Positions 9,676 through 17,885 of a stretch of DNA of 64,000 bases are shown here, piece by piece. The translations under genes and the position numbers were made by a program. The DNA lies in contig JBDHUY010000004.1 of NCBI GenBank assembly GCA_039809385.1, positions 32,001 to 96,000 on the forward strand, written 5' to 3'. Positions within the stretch are counted from its first letter, which is position 1. The number at the start of each line of letters is the position of its first letter. The stretch is from Candidatus Altimarinota bacterium. GTDB lineage: Bacteria; Patescibacteriota; Gracilibacteria; JBDHUY01. Below the pieces are notes generated by a model. It searched no databases and was not told where the DNA came from. It saw nothing but the letters and a program-made list of their open reading frames with translations.

Positions 9676-11916
9676 TTATTCCTCATCGCTGCTACCGCTA
9701 CCGGTTTCATGATCGATAAAGATCTCGCGGGGCTTGCTCCCCATGACCGGCCCTACCACACCTTGTTCTTCCAGCATATCCATGATACGGGCCGCCCGGG
9801 CATAGCCCAGCTTCAACCGACGCTGAAACAGCGAGGCCGAAGCCTTGCCGGTAGCGCGGATCACCTGAATCGCCTGATCGACCAGCTGGTCGTCGGACAT
9901 ATCTTCTCCGCCTGCCACCGCATTGCCGGGTATATAGTCGGTAATCGGAACCTTTGCTACCTCGATTACATCCGGCAGGTAGTCCGGTTCGACGGTCATG
10001 CGGATATGGGTTGTCACTTTTTCAATCTCGGCCGGACTCACATAGACCCCCTGGACGCGCATGGGTTTGGTAACTGTGGTTGAAATATAGAGCATATCTC
10101 CTTTGCCGATTAAATCTTCGGCCCCGATGCTGTCCAGAATCGTACGGCTGTCCACCGCCGATACCACTGCGAAAGCGACGCGGGACGGGATATTGGCTTT
10201 GATCAGACCGGTAATAACGTCCACGCTGGGCCGCTGGGTGGCCACGACCAGATGAATACCAACAGCGCGGGCCATCTGGGCGATGCGGCAGATCAATGTT
10301 TCCACTTCCTTTTTCATGCTGGTCATCATCAGGTCGGCCAGTTCGTCGATCACAAAGACCAGATACGGCATTTTCTGTTCGGGCTCGACTTTCTGGTTGT
10401 ATTCGTCGCGGTTGCGCACCCCGGCGCCCTGTAATTCCTTGTAACGGCGTCCCATCTCCGCCACGGTCCAGCGCAGTGCGTTGATGGCTTTGTCGGGATC
10501 GGTGATCACCGGCGTTAGCAGATAGGGGAGTGCGTTATACCCCGAGAGTTCGACGCGTTTGGGATCGACCAGGATCAGTTTCAGCTCAGCCGGCGAGTTC
10601 TGGTAAAACAGGCTTAGGAGCAAACTGTTGATGGCTACCGACTTTCCCGACCCTGTGGCTCCGGCGATCAGCATATGCGGCATAAAGTTCAAGGCATCGA
10701 TGATCGGCTTGCCGGCTACGTCCCGGCCCAGCGGAAAGCGCAGCGTCGATTTGACATCGTAGAACTCTTTGCTTTCCAGAATCTCTTTGACATGCACGAC
10801 CATGCGTTTATCGTTCGGTATCTCGATCCCGACCAGCGACTTGCCGGGGATAGGCGCTTCCATCCGGATCGACTTGGCCGCCAGCGCTAGCGCCAAATCG
10901 TCCTTTAATCCCGTTATTTTACTGAGTTTGATCCCTTCGTCGGGCTCGAAGGCATATTGCATCACCGTCGGACCGACGTTGACGTCTTTCATCGTCACCG
11001 GAATATTGAACTGCGACAATTTATCTTTTATCTTTTCGGCATTTGCTTTGAGCAAAGCTTCGTCCAGTATCACTTCGGAGGAACCTTTTTCCAGCAGATC
11101 GAGCGGCGGAAATTCCCAATTGGTCAGGTTTTTGGCTTTGATCTCGTTCTGGATGAAATCGGTCTTGGCGTTTTTGTCGCCGCCGGGCGCGTGTATGACC
11201 ATGCCATCCGACTTTTTGGCAGCCGACTCGGCTTTTTTGATCTCGTGGACGCCCTTGATCTTGAATTCTTCTTCGTGTTTTTCGCTCATCTCTTTGCGGC
11301 TGCGCCGCGCGGGTGGAGCTGTTTCTTCTTCTTCGCGCTCTTTTCTGGCAAATACCTGTTTGATCGTTTCGACGATCGATTTCTGAAATAAGAGCAGAAT
11401 CGATATCAGAAATACTCCGAACAAGACGATCCTGGCGCCCATATCGCCCAGAGCCGGTTTGAGCAACAGTGAAACGAAAAAACCGACATAGCCGGCCAGA
11501 CTATGAATGATGATCTCCCGGTCTGCGATCAGTTCGATATCGCCGTACAGGCCGATGTAGCCCAGGAACGAAAGAAAGAGCAGGGATATGGCGAAGTATT
11601 TGGTGAAATTGAGAGTAAACTCTTTTTCCAGCAGCATGGTGACGACCAGGATGCCCATAAGTGCCAGTAGCAGGTAGATGCCCCATTGTCCGATAACGTT
11701 CAGCAGGAACGAATGCCAGGCATTGCCGACAAATCCGACGGCGCCGCTGCCGCTGATAATAGTGAGAATGATAAAGACGCCCATCCCGATCAGACTGACC
11801 TCCCGGGAGATGCTGCTTTTCATTTCAAGTTGCGGGCGGTTGTGGCGCAGGAAGCGTTCGAATTTTTGGACCGTTTTGGCGGCGGAGGCGTTGCCGCGCG
11901 TTCTTTTTCGGCGCAT
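9676..11916 (-). CDS. ftsK: DNA translocase FtsK/SpoIIIE
   Basis: N-terminal TM helices, PHMLIAGATGSGKS, IDELADLM, ATQRPSVDVITG, gamma domain SLFQRRLKLGYARAAR. Confidence 0.97.
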   Translation of the reverse strand: MRRKRTRGNASAAKTVQKFERFLRHNRPQLEMKSSISREVSLIGMGVFIILTIISGSGAVGFVGNAWHSFLLNVIGQWGIYLLLALMGILVVTMLLEKEFTLNFTKYFAISLLFLSFLGYIGLYGDIELIADREIIIHSLAGYVGFFVSLLLKPALGDMGARIVLFGVFLISILLLFQKSIVETIKQVFARKEREEEETAPPARRSRKEMSEKHEEEFKIKGVHEIKKAESAAKKSDGMVIHAPGGDKNAKTDFIQNEIKAKNLTNWEFPPLDLLEKGSSEVILDEALLKANAEKIKDKLSQFNIPVTMKDVNVGPTVMQYAFEPDEGIKLSKITGLKDDLALALAAKSIRMEAPIPGKSLVGIEIPNDKRMVVHVKEILESKEFYDVKSTLRFPLGRDVAGKPIIDALNFMPHMLIAGATGSGKSVAINSLLLSLFYQNSPAELKLILVDPKRVELSGYNALPYLLTPVITDPDKAINALRWTVAEMGRRYKELQGAGVRNRDEYNQKVEPEQKMPYLVFVIDELADLMMTSMKKEVETLICRIAQMARAVGIHLVVATQRPSVDVITGLIKANIPSRVAFAVVSAVDSRTILDSIGAEDLIGKGDMLYISTTVTKPMRVQGVYVSPAEIEKVTTHIRMTVEPDYLPDVIEVAKVPITDYIPGNAVAGGEDMSDDQLVDQAIQVIRATGKASASLFQRRLKLGYARAARIMDMLEEQGVVGPVMGSKPREIFIDHETGSGSSDEE

Positions 11917-12007
11917 AGTAATGAGTATTTTTCCCAGAGGATTCGGAAATATTTCTCTTAGAGTATACATTTTTTGTTCACTCGTGCAATAGGAAGTGGG
12001 GCAGCCA

Positions 12008-12088
12008 GGCGGTTAGCGATTAGCGATCAGCGGTCAGTAAAGGCAGAGTGCAAATTGAATCCGTCGCGGCGGACAAAATGTAAAGTTG
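12008..12088. repeat. Heptamer arms (TTAGCGA type, and AAAATGT type with an embedded CCG-CGG hairpin) upstream of ftsK
   Basis: ggcggttagcgattagcgatcagcggtcag; complementary copy at 52171-52211 and a degenerate copy at 2518-2545. Confidence 0.7.
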
Positions 12089-12220
12089 GAGGCAGTTATC
12101 TTTCTGTTGATACGCCCCGTTTGTCTCGTTTCCCCTGATAAGGGGGTTAGGGCGAGTATCAAACCTCATTAGATTGCAAACGACAAGCCTCGATCATAAT
12201 TCATAATTTATGCTTTTCCT

Positions 12221-12273
12221 TGCCCAATACTTTATACTTCATACCTACTACTTTATACTCTGCCCCTCTTCCC
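12221..12273. repeat. Family-A heptamer arm upstream of the rpsT promoter
   Basis: tgcccaatactttatacttcatacctactactttatactctgcccctcttccc. Confidence 0.8.
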
Positions 12274-12275
12274 GA

Positions 12276-12305
12276 TTGACAATGCCCGACATTTCCCGAT
12301 ACAAT
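12276..12305 (+). promoter_or_regulatory. rpsT promoter
   Basis: TTGACA-18-TACAAT. Confidence 0.65.
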
Positions 12306-12345
12306 GAGCACCGATCTTATTTTGTTTTATTTTTCTCCATATATT

Positions 12346-12612
12346 ATGCCGGTTATCAAATCCGCTGCCAAACAGCTGCGCCAGAGTATCAAGGCTCGCG
12401 AACGTAATCTCTCTTACAAGACCAAGGCTCGCCAGGCGTTGAAGCAGGTTGAAAAAAACGTGAAGGCGAAAAATACGGAGGGTGCGAAGGATATGCTGAA
12501 GGATGCGTATTCGAAGATCGATACGATGGTAAAGAAGAATCTGATTCACCAGAACACGGCGGCGCGCCGCAAGTCGAAGGTAATGAAGATGGTGAATAAG
12601 ATGGCGAAATAG
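12346..12612 (+). CDS. rpsT: 30S ribosomal protein S20
   Basis: MPVIKSAAKQLRQS...IHQNTAARRKS. Confidence 0.97.
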   Translation: MPVIKSAAKQLRQSIKARERNLSYKTKARQALKQVEKNVKAKNTEGAKDMLKDAYSKIDTMVKKNLIHQNTAARRKSKVMKMVNKMAK

Positions 12613-12867
12613 TTGATAGAAACTTGGGAGTAGGAGCTGGAAGCTGGGGGAATGCCAAAGAGACTCTGTGTAATATTCCTGGCTTCTCTCTTCTTATCCC
12701 CTTGCTTCTTTTGCGGTTTAGAGATCTTGTTTGAAAAGAGTCAACGTAGTTCAACTATTGTTTTTCCCTAGCTCCTTTCTGCTAGCTTCTAGATTCTTCT
12801 GCTTTTCCGGGCCCGTAGTCCGCTGCGGCGGATCGCAGGTTCAGGATCGTGAGCTCATTACAAATGA

Positions 12868-12943
12868 GGGCCCATAGCTCAGTGGTTAGAGCAGTCGGCT
12901 CATAACCGATTGGTCGCAGGTTCAAGTCCTGCTGGGCCCACCA
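12868..12943 (+). tRNA. tRNA with CAT anticodon, most likely tRNA-Ile2 (lysidine type)
   Basis: Full cloverleaf GGGCCCA...TGGGCCCACCA, anticodon loop CTCATAA; body resembles Ile2 rather than fMet. Confidence 0.92.
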
Positions 12944-13197
12944 GAAATATCTATCCAAAAAGGAGGGATTTTTGTTTTGTGGAAAAATGGCTTGTTTACT
13001 GTATTTGTTAGCGGTTTTGTTGGGATTGGGTGGGTTCGAACTTGAGCGACACCATTTGGCTCGTTTGAGGAAATTGTGAAACGAAAACGGCTTAGACTGG
13101 AGAGAAAAGACCTTTTGGTTCGCGGTTCGAATCAGTGCTAACTATAGTATGTAGAACTCTAGTTAGCGAATTTATATACTATAGTTAGCCCCTCTCT

Positions 13198-13575
13198 GGT
13201 TCCAAGTTAGACTTGGAACCTCGCTGTCTTGCACATTATCCTCATTGAGTACCAAAACATCAAAGTTCCATGTACAACATGGAACTAGATAAATGATTCC
13301 GATTTCAGTCGATGCAGAGTCCAGGCTTCATACGAACGGCCGACTGAATATTTCCGAATTATCGCGCTATCTCGGTTTTTTCTTTTCCCGAAATAGTACA
13401 GACGGCATTTAGTTGAAAAACATTGAAAGTCTATCGAGTCAAACGTCAGGGATCAACAATCATATGGTATGATTGAGACGAAAATTCTTTTTTTCCTCAG
13501 GTTCCAAGTCCCACTTGAAATCTTACTGTCTCGTGTATTATCCTTATTAGAATACCGAAACATCCGAGTTCTAGA
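13198..13575. repeat. Two diverged direct copies (13198-13286 and 13500-13575) of a REP-doublet-like element
   Basis: ggttccaagt..acttggaacc hairpin followed by similar spacers (ctgtct...attatcct...tacc.aaacatc..agtt). Confidence 0.65.
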
Positions 13576-13580
13576 AACAT

Positions 13581-14594
13581 ATGCAGCACCCCTTAGCCAA
13601 AGTAGTAAAAGTTAATTTTCCCTGCACGGAAGTAAAAATCCTGGAAAAAATCGATCTTGGGTATTTAACGGAAAATTATAAAGTCTCATTGGACGGCAAG
13701 GTGTTTTTTTTGAAATGCTATCGGCAGGAGAATCAAGATCAAATCGATGAAATTCATAGAGCGAAGCATTTTTTTGCCGACGGAGGAATTCCGGTTATTT
13801 TACCAATCAAGAATAACGTTGGTATACCCTATTTCTCTCATAAAAATAGGTTCTTTGCTCTCTTCCCTTTTATCCAAGGAATTATTATTGCCAGGGATGC
13901 ATTAACGGATACTTCCATAAAATCACTGGCTCAGATGCTGGCAAAAATACACTTGGCAGGAGAAAATGCAGCCGATGGTTTTATTCAAACAAAGATGAAA
14001 CCGTGGGATCGGGAGAAATTCATGACCGACTCTTTGCAAATAATTCCGAAAATTGTTGAGAACCTGAACAATAGAAATGATTTTGATCTCGAAGCTTTGG
14101 AAATTGTAATGTTTAAACTTTTACGAGTACTCAAAGAATCAAAAATACTGTCTGATTTTGATCTGGGTACATATCAATTGATTCATGGAGATTATCACGA
14201 GAAAAATGTTTTCTTTGATAATCATCATGAGGTTACACATGTGTTTGATTTTGAAAAAGTAGTGATGGCGCCCCGAGTTACCGAGATAATCAGAACGATC
14301 GATTATGTATGTTATCGAAACAATAATGCCAATTGGGACTATGATTTGATTGAGGTCTTTTTGTATGAGTATAATCGACTTTTCCCTGTATCAAAGAGTA
14401 AAATAATCAATGCTTTCAGCGCATATTGGATAAGAAGCTTTCATTCCTTGTGGCTTGAAAAAGAACATTATCTGTTAGGAAATCATCGTATCGATCCTTT
14501 GTATGCCGGATATTATCAAAGATTAAAATCTCTTGAGCATAATAGAAATCAATTTCTTCGAAAGATCAAATCATTCACGTGGCTCGAGAAATAA
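13581..14594 (+). CDS. Aminoglycoside phosphotransferase / type II homoserine kinase family
   Basis: LIHGDYHEKNV, VFDFE. Confidence 0.9.
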   Translation: MQHPLAKVVKVNFPCTEVKILEKIDLGYLTENYKVSLDGKVFFLKCYRQENQDQIDEIHRAKHFFADGGIPVILPIKNNVGIPYFSHKNRFFALFPFIQGIIIARDALTDTSIKSLAQMLAKIHLAGENAADGFIQTKMKPWDREKFMTDSLQIIPKIVENLNNRNDFDLEALEIVMFKLLRVLKESKILSDFDLGTYQLIHGDYHEKNVFFDNHHEVTHVFDFEKVVMAPRVTEIIRTIDYVCYRNNNANWDYDLIEVFLYEYNRLFPVSKSKIINAFSAYWIRSFHSLWLEKEHYLLGNHRIDPLYAGYYQRLKSLEHNRNQFLRKIKSFTWLEK

Positions 14595-14668
14595 ATATCG
14601 CGTAGCCAATCTTCAAATCACAAATCGGATTTGAAAACCTGCTGACTGGTAAAATCGTATCAACTTCT

Positions 14669-15289
14669 ATGCTCAACAATATCCAAAACTACGATCGTTT
14701 CTACGCCGAATCTTCGGAGCATGCCTACGGCACACCGAACCCCATCGTAAGAGCGGTTTTAGATTTTACGTCTCATGGAACCGTCCTCGATATCGGAGCC
14801 GGCGACGGCCGCCATGCCATATTTTTGGCCAAACACGGATTTCAGGTCACCGCCCTCGATACTTCTGCAGTGGCGCTCGATAAGCTTGAACACCTAGCCG
14901 CCCAACAACAAGTAGCTGTCACGACGATTCAGACGGATATCGCCCGCTGGTCTTTTGAGAACTCCTATGACGTGCTGATCGCTACTTCGATTTTTCAACA
15001 CCTCCACCACAACGACGCACTCACATTGCTCGAAACGATGAAGCAATGTACAAATCCCCAGGGGATTCACGCGATAGCTCTGTTTACGCAAGAAGGCGAC
15101 CGCTACTTGCTTGACCGGCAGGAAGATCCCGAAGCGTTTTATCCCGCATCCGGCTGGTTACGTGGTTTCTATCAAAAGTGGAAAGTGCTGCATGAAGAGC
15201 GCAAGGAAGCTACCCTGATTCGCAGGAACCGCGCCGACGGAACCCCGATGAAGAGTATTGTTGAGACCTTGCTGATCCGCAAAACCTAA
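14669..15289 (+). CDS. TehB-like class I SAM methyltransferase
   Basis: VLDIGAGDGRHAIFLA..GFQVTALD. Confidence 0.9.
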   Translation: MLNNIQNYDRFYAESSEHAYGTPNPIVRAVLDFTSHGTVLDIGAGDGRHAIFLAKHGFQVTALDTSAVALDKLEHLAAQQQVAVTTIQTDIARWSFENSYDVLIATSIFQHLHHNDALTLLETMKQCTNPQGIHAIALFTQEGDRYLLDRQEDPEAFYPASGWLRGFYQKWKVLHEERKEATLIRRNRADGTPMKSIVETLLIRKT

Positions 15290-15307
15290 TACTATCTCCC
15301 GATCCAG

Positions 15308-15357
15308 AAAAAAACCGAGTCGTTTTTAACCCAATCCAAACGGTTCGATTTTTTTTC
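15308..15357. terminator. Possible intrinsic terminator
   Basis: A-tract, imperfect stem cgagtcgttt/aaacggttcg, T-tract. Confidence 0.45.
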
Positions 15358-15509
15358 TCCTCAGACTTCTAGGAGGGGAGTACAATCGGACTGATTATTT
15401 GTTATACTGAAACTTCAAGGTGATTTTTCTGTTTTTTTTATTTGTCTATAACTTTGAGTATATAATGGAGTATATAATGCCTTCTGACAATCATGTAAAA
15501 AGTTCCATT

Positions 15510-15767
15510 ATGAACTCTCGTATCATCCTCTATCAAACCAATGACGGAGAAACCAAAGTCGAGGTCAACATGGACGGAGAAACCGTGTGGCTGACTCAAA
15601 ACCAGATGGCCGAGCTCTTTGAAAAGTGACGTTCAACGATCGCGGAGCATATTATCAACGTTTTCAAAGAACGAGAATTGGAAGAAAAATCAGTTTGTCG
15701 GGAATTCCGACGAACTGGGACGAATCATAGAGATTATCCTGTAAAATACCAAATAACATTCTTTTAA
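15510..15767 (+). pseudogene. RhuM/virulence-protein family N-terminal fragment
   Basis: IILYQTNDG...ETVWLTQNQMAELFEK*RSTIAEHIINVFKERELEEKSVCREFRRT; in-frame TGA at 15627; truncated. Confidence 0.85.
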
Positions 15768-15768
15768 C

Positions 15769-16242
15769 ATGCAAACACTCTATGATTCTATCATCGGTCT
15801 TTTGCAAAAATATGACATTGGGTACCAAGAATACGACCATCCGCCAATCCTGAACTACGCCGATGCCGAACGCGAAAAACAGCGTCTGAGCTGGCAGGGG
15901 ATAGAAAGCAAGAATGTCTTTCTGTCAGGCTCCGATGGAAACTTTTATCTCTACGTAACAGTTAAAGGTACGAAAGTCGATTTTCCCAAGCTCAAAGAAC
16001 TGTTGGGAGTAAAACTGTCGATTGCGTCCGAGAATGAAGTCAGAAATCTCATTCACTGCGTGCCCGGCTGTGTGGTACCTTTTGGTTTTGATGCAGCTAT
16101 AACGGTTTTGCTCGACCGCTCCATTTTTCAGTACACCGATTATCTGTTTTCTCCCGGCATTACCACCAAGACGATCCAGACGAATCTCCAAGATCTGAAG
16201 AAAATATTTCAGAACTTGCCCAACAGGCTTATTGAAATCTGA
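15769..16242 (+). CDS. YbaK/ProX aminoacyl-tRNA editing domain protein
   Basis: HPP...SKNVFL...PGCVVPFG. Confidence 0.88.
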   Translation: MQTLYDSIIGLLQKYDIGYQEYDHPPILNYADAEREKQRLSWQGIESKNVFLSGSDGNFYLYVTVKGTKVDFPKLKELLGVKLSIASENEVRNLIHCVPGCVVPFGFDAAITVLLDRSIFQYTDYLFSPGITTKTIQTNLQDLKKIFQNLPNRLIEI

Positions 16243-16373
16243 TACTCCTTCGCTTTCTATCTGAGACTATCCCGTCCCCGGGGGGACTACGAAGCATTAC
16301 AGAGTAATTGTTTTATAGAAAGCTATTCTCAAAGCTTCGGAGTATTGGTATCGTTTCGATTGCGAAGTAGTAT
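16243..16373. repeat. ~130-bp dispersed palindromic element, copy 1
   Basis: Shares tactccttcgctttctat, actacgaagcatt, tatagaaagc and ttctcaaagcttcggagta with 41192-41331. Confidence 0.8.
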
Positions 16374-16441
16374 GATCTGCGGTTTCGGCCAAGTTTGCGG
16401 GCAATACCTTCGGTCGCTCTATTCTCTTTCTCATAACTCCT

Positions 16442-16888
16442 ATGAGCTCCAATACCAAAGATTCATATTTCGTCGCGGTAAAACTTTTTCTCAAAAAAGA
16501 CGGCAAACTGTTGATTTTAAAAGATAACTTCAACGACTGGGACTTGCCCGGCGGCCGTATCAAACCCGACGAATTCGAGGTCTCGCTGGAGAAAATCCTT
16601 GAACGCAAGATCAAAGAAGAACTCGGCGACGCAGCAGTGATCTCGGTCTCGCGTATGCCCGTCGTCTTTATGCGCCACCAGCGTGTCGAACAAACCGAGG
16701 GAAGTCCCACTGTGCGTATCTTCGCGCTCGGGTATGAAGGAGAGCTTGAAAGCGGAGAGATCAGGCTTTCTCCCCGCCACACCGAACAGGTGTGGGTTGA
16801 TCCGCATGATTTCAAGCCGGAAGAATATTTTAGCGGCGGATGGCTCAAGGGGGTCCAGGACTACGTGCGTCTAGTTCCACAGCAGTAA
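16442..16888 (+). CDS. NUDIX hydrolase
   Basis: WDLPGGRI...LERKIKEELG. Confidence 0.88.
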   Translation: MSSNTKDSYFVAVKLFLKKDGKLLILKDNFNDWDLPGGRIKPDEFEVSLEKILERKIKEELGDAAVISVSRMPVVFMRHQRVEQTEGSPTVRIFALGYEGELESGEIRLSPRHTEQVWVDPHDFKPEEYFSGGWLKGVQDYVRLVPQQ

Positions 16889-17719
16889 CGACTCTCCGGC
16901 GCCTCGATAGCCGACAAAGGTTTGCATCGAGATCCGGTCGGTGCTGCTTCCCTCAAACAGAGTCGTGGCGTGGGGGTGACGCGTATTAAACAGGATCAGA
17001 TCACCGGCCTCTGGATGAGCTTGTACATACGTTTCTTCTTCAAGCGTTTTTTTGATAAAAACCTTTTCGTCTCCGCTGTGCGATGGATCGTACAAAGGAC
17101 CTTGCCAAACGCGCAGATCGCCGCCGGACAAAGGAGCACTCAGGATCATCAGGGCACTGAATTGCTGGCGTATATGTCGGAACGTTTCCAAAGATTCGTC
17201 CCGGATTAAGTCGATGTGCGGCTGTTCAACCATAGGCGTGCTGCCCGGTTCGGTTCCTCTCAGAATTCCGCTCATGCAAGGACGTTCGTCGATGTCAGCA
17301 AGACGGGCACCGGCTAAATGCACCCTAGCCAGGACTTCTTGCAGGGTCCTTACCGGCGATTCCAGGGGGCCCAGAGCTTGCGTGATGGCGCTGCGGGTAC
17401 GTTCTGTTTCTTGAAAGTATGTCTCCAGCCGCTGCTTCCTTTCGGCGGTATCGGTTACGCCAAACAGAGTATTCAGCGCCGGGCCGATCCGCCAGACGCC
17501 ATAGTCTTGATATTTGGTAACGCCCCGGTCGGAAATATCGTTGATATAGGGAATGCGGGGTGTTTTGCCGGCAAAATCCAGTAAAACTTTCCGAACCTCT
17601 TCCTTTACAAAATTGTTCACGACCACGATGTGAGTCTGATCTGCGAGTAATGCGTCAAAATCTTCGGCTTGCAGGATAGTGTTTTTGCGAAGAGAGGAAG
17701 CTGGAGAGTGGATAGACAT
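16871..17719 (-). CDS. 2OG-Fe(II) oxygenase, resembling the proline hydroxylase type
   Basis: HID, GGDL.VW, PEAGDLILFNTRHPH, RIS. Confidence 0.85.
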   Translation of the reverse strand: MSIHSPASSLRKNTILQAEDFDALLADQTHIVVVNNFVKEEVRKVLLDFAGKTPRIPYINDISDRGVTKYQDYGVWRIGPALNTLFGVTDTAERKQRLETYFQETERTRSAITQALGPLESPVRTLQEVLARVHLAGARLADIDERPCMSGILRGTEPGSTPMVEQPHIDLIRDESLETFRHIRQQFSALMILSAPLSGGDLRVWQGPLYDPSHSGDEKVFIKKTLEEETYVQAHPEAGDLILFNTRHPHATTLFEGSSTDRISMQTFVGYRGAGESLLLWN

Positions 17720-17885
17720 AAGGATAAAGCTTATACACGAACTGCGTACTTTAAGAGGAGAGGGGATGATACTAAAAATTAAAATGCTGTCAATATGCCG
17801 TTGGCTAAAAATAAACGTTTCTCTACCGCAGGGAGGCGTTGATACTCTCGTCAAAATAACGTATTATAAAGAGACAAATTCTTTT

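Noticed and set aside
13020-13135. Second tRNA
   Set aside because: Only T-loop-like motifs; no cloverleaf or acceptor stem
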